Of a stretch of DNA of 34,416 bases, positions 17,584 to 27,494 are shown piece after piece. Made by a program: the position numbers and the translations under genes. The notes under the pieces were generated by a model. It was given only the letters and a program-made list of their open reading frames with translations. It did no database searches and had not been told where the DNA came from. The stretch is from NCBI GenBank assembly GCA_046590885.1, contig JBKJTS010000237.1, forward strand, positions 1-34,416, written 5' to 3'. The stretch is from Gammaproteobacteria bacterium (lineage in GTDB: Bacteria > Pseudomonadota > Gammaproteobacteria > Ga0077554 > Ga007554). Within the stretch, counting starts at the first letter, position 1. Every line of letters starts with the position of its first letter.

Positions 17584-18735
17584 ATGCTAACACAAACAGA
17601 CGAACCTCCCGGTAGTACCGCACACGCTGCCCGCCTTAACCTGGGTAAGGATCAGGTAAAGGCGAACCGAACGTGGGCCAACAATCTAACGGTATTGTCC
17701 AACGACCTCTTTCCCAAGAGTTATCTCGCTATCTCTGATTACCGTCTTTATCCTTTCACCATTGACACCAAGGCGCTTTTCGAGCGTTACCAACATTCCC
17801 TTCAGATTCCCATCTCAGATTACTCTTTCACAAATAATATCATATGGTTATCGCGAATGAGCGCGTTCTACCAAATCATTGAAGAGTGTTTTTGCCTGTT
17901 CAGTCTTAATGGCAACTGCCTGACCATGCTGTTACCGCCACTGGGTGATCGTTCGCGCCAGGCGCGGGCCCTGGAGGTGTGCTTTGAGATTATGGATAGC
18001 CACAATCCTTCACCCTATTTCAGTGTCGTGGAATATGTATATAAGGATTTTCTGGAGGTATTAGATGCCGAGGGCCGGAATTTAATGGAGGAAGAGGGTG
18101 GTGTTGAATCAGCACGATCACCATGGTTGGTGGAGCGAGCCTTACCCGATTACATTTATTCCACCGAAGACTTGATTCAGCTCAAGGGTAATCCTTATAA
18201 ATCCAAGCGTGGTGAAATTAATCAGTTTCGACGCGCCTACCCTAATCACCGTCTTGAAGTCCTGGGACCACAGCACTGGGAAGGCATCCGCGCCCTGGTT
18301 GAAACGTGGCTGAAAAACCGTCTTAAATATCTTGCCGGTGAGGCGATTGGCGATTTCTTTTACACTGTTGAAATGGAGCGCAAAGCAATTGAGCGAGCCA
18401 TCAAGTATTACGACCAGCTCGATCTGCAAGGGCTTTGCCTGTTTATTGACGATCGACTGGAAGGCTTTACTATTGGTGAGCGCATTACCCCGAGTGTGGC
18501 CAGCATTTTGGTGGAAAAGACCAATTTTGCGGTGTTAGGTTCGGCACAATACCTATTCCATGAATTTGCCAAGGTCTACCACGACTGCATCTATATTAAC
18601 GTCGGCGATGATCTGGGGCTGGAGAATTTACGCAAGGTTAAAATGAGTTATCGCCCGGTCTTGTTCGGGGAGAAATTTACGCTCCGTCATCATGAACAGC
18701 GAGCCACCGCAGGCGGAGATATTTTTCTTGATTAA
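17584..18735 (+). CDS. DUF2156-like protein (resembles the MprF C-terminal aminoacyl-phosphatidylglycerol synthase fold)
   Basis: A strong SD (AAGGAG) lies 7 nt upstream. The blocks SDYSFTNNIIW, DYIYSTEDLIQLKGNPYKSKRGEINQF, CLFIDDRLEGFTIGE, VEKTN, YINVGDDLGLENLRKVKMSYRP match my recollection of DUF2156/LPG_synthase_C proteins. This was not confirmed by a search. Confidence 0.6.
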   Translation: MLTQTDEPPGSTAHAARLNLGKDQVKANRTWANNLTVLSNDLFPKSYLAISDYRLYPFTIDTKALFERYQHSLQIPISDYSFTNNIIWLSRMSAFYQIIEECFCLFSLNGNCLTMLLPPLGDRSRQARALEVCFEIMDSHNPSPYFSVVEYVYKDFLEVLDAEGRNLMEEEGGVESARSPWLVERALPDYIYSTEDLIQLKGNPYKSKRGEINQFRRAYPNHRLEVLGPQHWEGIRALVETWLKNRLKYLAGEAIGDFFYTVEMERKAIERAIKYYDQLDLQGLCLFIDDRLEGFTIGERITPSVASILVEKTNFAVLGSAQYLFHEFAKVYHDCIYINVGDDLGLENLRKVKMSYRPVLFGEKFTLRHHEQRATAGGDIFLD

Positions 18736-18754
18736 AGAAGCCATCAAAAAGTAA

Positions 18755-19189
18755 ATGATACGTCGTGCTACTGCTGAAGATATCGATGCATTGGTACGGT
18801 TGGAAGCGATTTTCCCTGGAGACCGGATGAGTCGGCAAAGTTTCCGCCGCTTACTGAATCGCGACAGTGCATCTATTTTGGTATATGAAGAAGGCAATGA
18901 AATCATTGCCGATAGTGTAGTGTTGTATCGGCGCGGTTCCTCAACGGGTCGTATTTATTCTTTGGTGGTGCATCCTCATGCACAGGGGCGAGGTATCGCC
19001 CGCGCCTTACTCAAAGCGGCTGAATCAGGGGCTTTGAGTAAGGGCTGCACCCATCTGGGCCTTGAAGTTCGTGCCGATAATCATGCCGCCTTGGCGCTCT
19101 ATATTAAATCGGGCTATATTCCCTACAAACAGATTAATAACTATTATCAAGATCATGCGGCTGCACAACGTTTGCGCAAACTAATTTAG
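18755..19189 (+). CDS. GNAT family N-acetyltransferase (RimI-like)
   Basis: The 144-aa ORF has the acetyl-CoA motif VHPHAQGRGIARALL followed by LEVRADNHAALALYIKSGY. It starts 19 bp after the DUF2156-like gene. Confidence 0.85.
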   Translation: MIRRATAEDIDALVRLEAIFPGDRMSRQSFRRLLNRDSASILVYEEGNEIIADSVVLYRRGSSTGRIYSLVVHPHAQGRGIARALLKAAESGALSKGCTHLGLEVRADNHAALALYIKSGYIPYKQINNYYQDHAAAQRLRKLI

Positions 19190-19315
19190 ATGCTTGGAAG
19201 CGGCTTGGGTATTGAGTCCATTCACGGCCCGCATTAAATACTATGATACTATAAGAAAATTGTACGCCTGCCATGTTATGTCGTCATATGAGTGCATAGG
19301 TATAAAAAGGAATTT

Positions 19316-20137
19316 ATGGCAGAACTCCCTGATGATGCATTGATGGTGAAAATTCGTGGCCTGCGTTTTGCGCACGGTGCGCGTACAATTTTTGATGGTG
19401 TAGACATCGACATCCCCCGAGGCAAAATCACTGCTATTATGGGGCCCAGCGGCACGGGCAAAACCACCTTGCTGAAGCTCATCGGCGGCCAGCTGGCACC
19501 TCTCACCGGCAGTGTATTGGTCGAGGGTGAAGACATTCACCATGTCTCACGTGACAACCTGTATCGCCTCCGCAAGCGCATGAGTCTGTTGTTTCAAACC
19601 GGCGCCTTATTCACCGACCTGACAGTATTTGAAAACGTAGCGTTTCCGCTACGCGAACATACGCGTTTGCCCGAGTCCATGGTGCGTGATCTCGTGCTGA
19701 TGAAGCTGCAAGTGGTGGGGCTGCGTGGCGCACGTGATTTAATGCCTGCCGAGCTTTCCGGGGGCATGGCGCGCCGCGTTGCATTGGCGCGGGCAATTGC
19801 GCTTGATCCGGCCATGATCATGTACGACGAACCTTTTACCGGACAGGATCCGATTACCGTCGGTGTGATCATGCAATTGATACGCATGCTCAATGATACC
19901 TTGGGTCTTACCAGCATTATAGTGTCACATGATGTACACGAGTTGAGCAGAATTAGTGATTACATGTATATGATGGCTGCCGGTAAAATAGTAGGGCATG
20001 GCACGCCCCAGGAACTTGGCCATTCCGAGTCAGAATGGATTCGGCAGTTTATGGGCGGTTTACCTGATGGCCCTGTACCTTTTCATTATCCTGCCGCCGA
20101 TTATGCGCAAGATTTACTGGCGGGGGTAAGCGCCTGA
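19316..20137 (+). CDS. mlaF: phospholipid ABC transporter ATP-binding protein MlaF
   Basis: It has Walker [10 protein letters not shown], the signature [14 protein letters not shown], and Walker B IMYDEP. The start is moved to the ATG at 19316, which is preceded by AAGGA. Confidence 0.9.
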   Translation: MAELPDDALMVKIRGLRFAHGARTIFDGVDIDIPRGKITAIMGPSGTGKTTLLKLIGGQLAPLTGSVLVEGEDIHHVSRDNLYRLRKRMSLLFQTGALFTDLTVFENVAFPLREHTRLPESMVRDLVLMKLQVVGLRGARDLMPAELSGGMARRVALARAIALDPAMIMYDEPFTGQDPITVGVIMQLIRMLNDTLGLTSIIVSHDVHELSRISDYMYMMAAGKIVGHGTPQELGHSESEWIRQFMGGLPDGPVPFHYPAADYAQDLLAGVSA

Positions 20138-20919
20138 TGATTGACTGGTTGCAGAAGCTTGGAAGCACCAGCCTGGCGTTGTTTGAGCGTCTGGGGCGGG
20201 GCGGCCTCTTTTTAATGCGCGTGTTTGCTGCTTTCCCCAGTTTGCTGCCACGACCCCGCTTGGTAATTATCCAGCTCTATTCGGTGGGTGTTTTGTCGAT
20301 GATGCTAATTGTCATCTCGGGCCTGAATGTGGGCATGGTGCTGGGTCTGCAGGGGTATAATACCCTGGTAGAATTTGGCGCTGAGGAATCGCTGGGCCAA
20401 GTGGTGGCATTGTCTTTGGTGCGTGAGCTGGGGCCGGTGGTGGCAGCCTTGCTGTTTGCTGGCCGTGCTGGTTCGGCATTGACGGCGGAAATTGGATTGA
20501 TGAAAGCCACAGAGCAACTTTCCGGCATGGAAATGATGGCCGTGGATCCCATGAAGCGAGTGATCGTGCCGCGCTTTATCGCTGCCATTATTTCCATGCC
20601 GTTGCTGGCAGCCATGTTCAGCGCTATGGGCATACTGGGCGGTTATTTTGTGGGGGTCGGTCTGCTGGGAGTGGATAGTGGGGCGTTCTGGTCGCAAATG
20701 CAAAGTAAGGTAGATTTTTACGAAGACATCATGAATGGCCTGGTAAAAAGTGTGGTGTTTGGTTTTGTAGCAGCGTGGATTGCGGTATTTGAAGGTTATG
20801 ATGCCGTGCCTACCACCGAAGGCGTGAGTCGCGCCACTACCCGCACCGTGGTGCATACTGCATTTGCGGTGTTGGGATTGGATTTCATATTAACTGCACT
20901 GATGTTTGGGAGTGTTTAA
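20137..20919 (+). CDS. mlaE: phospholipid ABC transporter permease MlaE
   Basis: The multi-pass protein has [30 protein letters not shown], which is typical of MlaE. Its ATG overlaps the mlaF stop by one base (TGATG). Confidence 0.92.
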   Translation: MIDWLQKLGSTSLALFERLGRGGLFLMRVFAAFPSLLPRPRLVIIQLYSVGVLSMMLIVISGLNVGMVLGLQGYNTLVEFGAEESLGQVVALSLVRELGPVVAALLFAGRAGSALTAEIGLMKATEQLSGMEMMAVDPMKRVIVPRFIAAIISMPLLAAMFSAMGILGGYFVGVGLLGVDSGAFWSQMQSKVDFYEDIMNGLVKSVVFGFVAAWIAVFEGYDAVPTTEGVSRATTRTVVHTAFAVLGLDFILTALMFGSV

Positions 20920-21420
20920 ATGATGCAAAAAAGAACCCAGGAAATCGCTGTAGGCGTATTTGTCGCAGTAGGTCTGGCGGCATTGGTAATGCTGGCAATG
21001 AAAGTCAGTAACTTGAGCAGCCTGTCTGACCAGGATGGGTTTGAAGTGATCGCACGTTTTGAGAATATCGGCGGATTAAAAGAACGTGCGCCCGTAACAG
21101 TGGCAGGGGTACGTATTGGCCGTGTCAAAACAGTAATATATGATGACAAAAGCTATGACGCACTGGTTACATTAAGCATTGCTTCCCAGCATAAACAATT
21201 ACCAGAAGACACGTCAGCAAGTATTTTAACTGCCGGACTGTTAGGGGAGCAATATATTGCTTTAGAGCCAGGTGGCGCAGAGTCGATGTTAAAATCGGGT
21301 GGAGAAATCAAGCTTACACAATCTGCATTCATTCTGGAAAAGATGGTAGGGCAATTTTTATTTAACAAGGCTGCTGAAGGAACTGGAGAAAGTAAAGCGG
21401 CAGAAGGGGCTGGCCCTTGA
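20920..21420 (+). CDS. mlaD: MCE-domain phospholipid-binding protein MlaD
   Basis: It has an N-terminal TM anchor followed by an MCE domain (GLKERAPVTVAGVRIGRVKTV..GLLGEQYIALEPG). Confidence 0.88.
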   Translation: MMQKRTQEIAVGVFVAVGLAALVMLAMKVSNLSSLSDQDGFEVIARFENIGGLKERAPVTVAGVRIGRVKTVIYDDKSYDALVTLSIASQHKQLPEDTSASILTAGLLGEQYIALEPGGAESMLKSGGEIKLTQSAFILEKMVGQFLFNKAAEGTGESKAAEGAGP

Positions 21421-21485
21421 TGGTCTTAGGGATGGTGTTAAGAATGGGGATGGGGGTAGGGATGAAATTCGATATGGGGGTTAGA

Positions 21486-22880
21486 ATGCGGCTCGGTGTA
21501 ACACTATTGACAGGGTTATTAACGTGCGCCAATGCAACTGGTGAAACGCTTACCCTTACCTTGGAGCAGGCCACGCAACGCGCCTTGGAAACTGACCCAC
21601 GTATTGCAGAACGCCAACATCTGGTAGGCAGTGCGCAAGCGCTATTACAGGAAGTGCATGGTAACCAGGACTGGAAAATTGATGCCAATACCTTTTTGGC
21701 CATATCTTCCGGTGTAGAGGGCAGCCCGTTCCAGAACGGAGGATGCGTGCCTGGCAATTGCATCTTACGGTCTGATAAATATGACATCCAGAAAAATGGG
21801 GTATCGCCGTGGCTTAATTTACAGTTAACCATTATCAAACCTCTATATACTTTCGGCAAGGTCGAAAATTATGCCACTGCCGCACAAGCCAATATGCAGG
21901 TTAAGGAGCATGATGTGCGTATTCAGCGTGCTGCCACCGTTCTGGATGTGAAGCGCGCCTACTACGGTTATCTTGCGGCCAAAGATAGTCGTCGTTTTCT
22001 TGAAGATGTGCGAACACGCATTAGCAAGGCGATTGAAGTAGCTCAAACATGGCTGGATGAAGGCGAAAGCGATATGCGGCAGGCAGATATTTTTGCACTG
22101 CAGGCGGGACATTCTCTTATTAGCCGCTATATTTATCAAACCGAGGGGATGCAGAAAATTGCTTTGGAAGGTTTAAAAGTTCTAACTGGTTTGAAAGCGA
22201 CTGATGAATTGCAATTGGCTGAGAAAGTTTTATCACCAGTAGCCCTCCCGGGTGGAGGTCTGTCAGAGTTTCAGCAGCAGGCACTCACACAGCGTCCTGA
22301 AATACTCCAAGTCGCTGCGGGCTTAAAGGCTCGGCATGCTTTGGTTGAAGCGCGGCGCGCTGACGCCATGCCTAATCTTTATGCGGGCGTTGCAGGCGTA
22401 TTTTCTTATTCCCCCAATCGTGATCGGCTGAATAATCCATATATCTACGATCCGTTTAATGAAGCCGGGCTTACACCCATGATAGGACTGAAGTGGGATT
22501 GGCAACGCGGGGTGCAGCGTGCCAAGGTTGCTCAGGAGCAGGCTGAGTTAAATGCATTAATTGCTAAATCTTCATTAGCACAACAAGGCATTCCTTTTCA
22601 GGTGGCCGAACAATATTACCAGGTACAGTCCGAACATGCGGCACTGCAGGAGTTAAATGAGGGTAGTCGTCATGCGCGACGTTGGATGGTAGGCCGTTAT
22701 GCAGACTTTGAGGCGGGGCTGGAAACAGCCGATCGTGTCATCACCGCATTCCAAGGATACGTAGTAGCCCAAACCGATTACATCAAAACCATTTACGAAT
22801 ATAATATGCGTGTCGCACAGCTGCAAAATGTAGCGGGGACGGAGCCATTATTGATTGAAAAAGGCACAACTGCAAAATGA
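21486..22880 (+). CDS. TolC/OEP family outer membrane channel protein embedded in the mla operon
   Basis: It has the signal peptide MRLGVTLLTGLLTCANA. The protein has a two-repeat OEP architecture (LTLEQATQRALETDPRI.., QQQALTQRPEILQ.., long coiled helices, C-terminal YNMRVAQLQNVAG). The ORF is open from 21417/21420, so the start is uncertain. Confidence 0.8.
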   Translation: MRLGVTLLTGLLTCANATGETLTLTLEQATQRALETDPRIAERQHLVGSAQALLQEVHGNQDWKIDANTFLAISSGVEGSPFQNGGCVPGNCILRSDKYDIQKNGVSPWLNLQLTIIKPLYTFGKVENYATAAQANMQVKEHDVRIQRAATVLDVKRAYYGYLAAKDSRRFLEDVRTRISKAIEVAQTWLDEGESDMRQADIFALQAGHSLISRYIYQTEGMQKIALEGLKVLTGLKATDELQLAEKVLSPVALPGGGLSEFQQQALTQRPEILQVAAGLKARHALVEARRADAMPNLYAGVAGVFSYSPNRDRLNNPYIYDPFNEAGLTPMIGLKWDWQRGVQRAKVAQEQAELNALIAKSSLAQQGIPFQVAEQYYQVQSEHAALQELNEGSRHARRWMVGRYADFEAGLETADRVITAFQGYVVAQTDYIKTIYEYNMRVAQLQNVAGTEPLLIEKGTTAK

Positions 22881-23075
22881 AGCTGTAGCCGGACAATGAA
22901 CCAATTTAGCCGTCTAACTTCTAATTACCCAGGCAGTGGCATATTATTGGGCATTAGTTATAAGTAAAGATACCAGTGCTTACTTTTGTATCATAAGTTT
23001 TATTTTGCGGGTTTTACGAATGGAATTATTCTACGGCTTTCTTAAAATGCAGTTAAACATTCATGGAGTTAATCA

Positions 23076-23744
23076 ATGAGTAAATTCATAAGCAGACTAT
23101 TATTCCTGTGCTTTATTGCCTTTGGCCCCGCCAGCGTTAATGCGCTTGCAGCCGAGACTGAAGCGCCTTTAGAAATGATCAAGAAAACAGCAGATCGTAT
23201 GCTGATCAAGCTCAAGGAAGATGAGGCTATTATTCGTAAGAACCCTACGCGCATTTACGCGTTGGTGAGTGATATCGTGTTGCCGCGTTTTGATTTTGAG
23301 CGCATGGCCGCCTGGGTGTTGGGCAAGCATTGGCGCACGGCTACTCCGGTGCAGCGTGAAAAATTTATCGAAGAATTTCGCAATCTACTGGTGCGCACCT
23401 ATGCTACTTCACTGACCGACTATACGGATAGGACCATTACTTATCTTCCGGTGCGCGCCGCCCCCGGTGCTACTGAGGTGATAGTGCGGACAGCGGTGGA
23501 ACAGGCCGGCGCCGCTTCTATTCCAATCGATTACAGCGTGGCTTTGAAAAATGGCGAATGGAAGGTTTATGATGTGGCTATTGATGGGGTAAGCTTGGTA
23601 ACGAATTACCGCACTAGTTTCTCCAATGAAATCCGTAAATCCGGCCTAGATAAGCTAATTGTCAAACTTGCCCAGCGTAATCAGACTAATCAGCCCGCTC
23701 CGGGTGCCCCTGCCCCTGTAACGCCTGCGAAGCCACGTGTTTAG
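23076..23744 (+). CDS. mlaC: periplasmic phospholipid-binding protein MlaC (Ttg2D family)
   Basis: It has a signal peptide followed by FDFERMAAWVLGKHWRTATPVQREKFIEEFRNLLVRTYA and GEWKVYDVAIDGVSLVTNYR. Confidence 0.88.
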   Translation: MSKFISRLLFLCFIAFGPASVNALAAETEAPLEMIKKTADRMLIKLKEDEAIIRKNPTRIYALVSDIVLPRFDFERMAAWVLGKHWRTATPVQREKFIEEFRNLLVRTYATSLTDYTDRTITYLPVRAAPGATEVIVRTAVEQAGAASIPIDYSVALKNGEWKVYDVAIDGVSLVTNYRTSFSNEIRKSGLDKLIVKLAQRNQTNQPAPGAPAPVTPAKPRV

Positions 23745-23749
23745 GCGCC

Positions 23750-24085
23750 ATGAGTGATACCCAGAATAATAATAAAGGTGAGAATGATGCCGTCCAGATT
23801 AAGGCAGCTGGTGCCGAAGGTATTTTTTTACTTTCCGGCATACTGACATTTGAGACGGTACCTTCAGTATTAAGTAGCAGCTCCACCTTGTTTGGTGGAG
23901 GAGCAGACTTCACATTTGACTTGCAGGGTATCACTCATGCTGACAGTGCGGGCTTGGCACTGCTGATTGAATGGATGCGTTGCGTACGAGCGCAAGATAA
24001 GCACATTACTTTCAAAAATATTCCCTCGCAAATGTTAGCGATTGCCACTATTAGTGGTGTTGAGCACATTCTCCCAACGGTCTAA
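23750..24085 (+). CDS. mlaB: STAS-domain protein MlaB
   Basis: The 111-aa ORF has LSGILTFETV and ITHADSAGLALLIEWMR (STAS-like). It occupies the MlaB position. Confidence 0.8.
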   Translation: MSDTQNNNKGENDAVQIKAAGAEGIFLLSGILTFETVPSVLSSSSTLFGGGADFTFDLQGITHADSAGLALLIEWMRCVRAQDKHITFKNIPSQMLAIATISGVEHILPTV

Positions 24086-24247
24086 AATTGAGTGGAATAC
24101 GATTTCATTCGCGGCAAAAAGCCAGTAAGTCGTCTTTTTGCATTCTACTTACCGGCGAGCGCAGATTCACATAACCTCAAGGAAGTGACCCCAAAAGTCG
24201 CTATTATTCATACATAGATGTTATGCGATAGCGCATCAGGAGCAGCA

Positions 24248-24592
24248 ATGGGAATTGAAAAACGTAAGCATGAGCGCAAAGCAATTCGTATGGATGATTG
24301 CGAAGGCACATTTACCCTGGAAGTTCGTAGTGAATTTCATGAAATCCCCGAAGTACGCGATATGTCTATTTCAGGAATGGGAATCACTTTACCTGTCTAT
24401 ATGGATCCCGGCCGACCTGTTAAAATTTTCTATGCGGAAGATGACCATGTCGTTAGTTTGACTGGTACCATCACATGGTGTCAGGAGCATCCCCCATCCT
24501 CCTCTTCATTCAGAATCGGTATTTTCTTCGACGATCCATACCGGGATGCGAGTTATTCATTTCATGTGATTATGAGCCGTTACCTGGCATAA
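24248..24592 (+). CDS. PilZ domain protein with canonical c-di-GMP binding motifs
   Basis: The start is set at the ATG at 24248, with AGGAG 5 nt upstream. It has an RxxxR motif (RKHER) and a DxSxxG motif (DMSISG). Confidence 0.7.
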   Translation: MGIEKRKHERKAIRMDDCEGTFTLEVRSEFHEIPEVRDMSISGMGITLPVYMDPGRPVKIFYAEDDHVVSLTGTITWCQEHPPSSSSFRIGIFFDDPYRDASYSFHVIMSRYLA

Positions 24593-24639
24593 TAATAAGC
24601 TTCCTAGCCGTGCTTTTCTCTATTGCCATTTAAAATATA

Positions 24640-24666
24640 ATATAATTATCAATATGTTATAATTAT
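24640..24666. repeat. direct repeat TATAATTATC x2 (17-bp period) inside a 243-bp AT-rich spacer
   Basis: The copies lie at 24640-24649 and 24657-24666. The spacer 24593-24835 contains five TATAAT hexamers. Confidence 0.6.
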
Positions 24667-24791
24667 CTCATGGGATATATAATGGGTTAGTGGCTTCATC
24701 GAGCTTCTTTTATGATAGTTCTGTGGAATGATAGAATATACAATATTTCTCCCGCATCACCCCTCATGATTTCACTATCCTTTTAACAAAT

Positions 24792-24800
24792 TGGTATAAT
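24792..24800 (+). promoter_or_regulatory. candidate extended -10 promoter (TGGTATAAT) for ibaG-murA
   Basis: TGGTATAAT ends 35 bp upstream of the ibaG ATG. A weak -35-like TTCACT sits about 18 bp upstream. Confidence 0.4.
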
Positions 24801-24835
24801 GAGAAATTTACCGTGGCCTATATCAAGGATTTCGC

Positions 24836-25078
24836 ATGCGCGCTGAAGAAGTCAAACGACTGATTGAAGTAGGGTTGCCTGGTAGTATTGCCCAAGTAAA
24901 AGGTGATGATGGTGTTCATTTTGAAGCTGTGATCATCGCCGATGTTTTTGATGGGAAAGGTATGTTGGCACAGCATCGTCTGGTCTACGCCACACTGGGT
25001 GATAAAATGCACGCAGAAATTCACGCCTTGTCGATGCGCACCTACACTCCTGAGGAGTGGAAAAAGTGCGTGCAATAG
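24836..25078 (+). CDS. ibaG: BolA family protein IbaG/YrbA
   Basis: The 80-aa ORF contains DDGVHFEAVIIADVFDGKGMLAQHRLVYATLGDKMHAEIHALSMRTYTPEEW. It has the conserved position between mlaB and murA. Confidence 0.85.
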   Translation: MRAEEVKRLIEVGLPGSIAQVKGDDGVHFEAVIIADVFDGKGMLAQHRLVYATLGDKMHAEIHALSMRTYTPEEWKKCVQ

Positions 25079-25152
25079 ACACCATGCCATGAACAGTTGC
25101 TGCACAGGATGTGCAAGTGCCGTAGAAGGCAGGATGCCGTGAGCGCCCGTGA

Positions 25153-26782
<1,630 letters not shown>

Positions 26783-26786
<4 letters not shown>

Positions 26787-27451
26787 ATGAAACCTTAACC
26801 ATCGCGCTTGCCAAGGGGCGCATTTTTAAAGACGCGCTGCCGCTGCTGGCGCACGCGGGCATTGTGCCCGTGGATGATCCTGAGACCAGCCGCAAGCTGA
26901 TTCTTGATACCAACCAGCCTAACATCAAGTTAGTGATTATCCGTTCATCCGATGTGCCTACCTATGTTGAATATGGTGCGGCTGACGTGGGTGTGGCGGG
27001 TAAGGACGTGTTGATGGAATACGGTGGTGACGGTTTATATGAACCGCTGGATTTGAAGATCGCCTGTTGCCGTTTGATGCTGGCCGGGCCTGTTGCGTTT
27101 AAGAACAGCGAAGCACGCATGCGCATCGCCACCAAATATGTGGCTACTACGCGCCGTTATTTTGCTGCGCAGGGGAAGCAGGTTGAAATCATCAAGCTGT
27201 ATGGTTCCATGGAATTGGCTCCATTAGTGGGTTTGTCCGATTGTATTGTCGATGTGGTTGATACCGGCAACACACTTAAGGCTAATGGTCTGGCGCCACT
27301 GGAATTGATCGCAAACATCAGTTCGCGTTTGATTGTGAATAAAGCCTCGATGAAAATGAAACATGAAATAGTGCATGCACTGATCGCACGGATTGCCGAA
27401 GCAGTAGCAATGAAAGAACAAAAGCGTATCAACAGTAAGCGCCTGGCCTAG
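26783..27451 (+). CDS. hisG: ATP phosphoribosyltransferase, short form
   Basis: It has [34 protein letters not shown] and [14 protein letters not shown]. At 222 aa it lacks the long-form C-terminal regulatory domain. Confidence 0.93.
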
Positions 27452-27494
27452 AGGGCCCTTATTCTGGGCAGGTGAAACAGCCAGGATATAAGTC

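Noticed and set aside
22896-22967. A 23-codon ORF (MNQFSRLTSNYPGSGILLGISYK) lies in the OMP-mlaC spacer.
   Set aside because: It has no convincing ribosome-binding site and no hydrophobic or toxin-like character. It is too short to support without conservation data.
24114-24141. A possible intrinsic terminator after mlaB: GCAAAAAG-N12-CTTTTTGC.
   Set aside because: The stem is 8 bp and almost entirely A:T, and the loop is 12 nt. No separate U-tract follows, so it is too weak to call a terminator.
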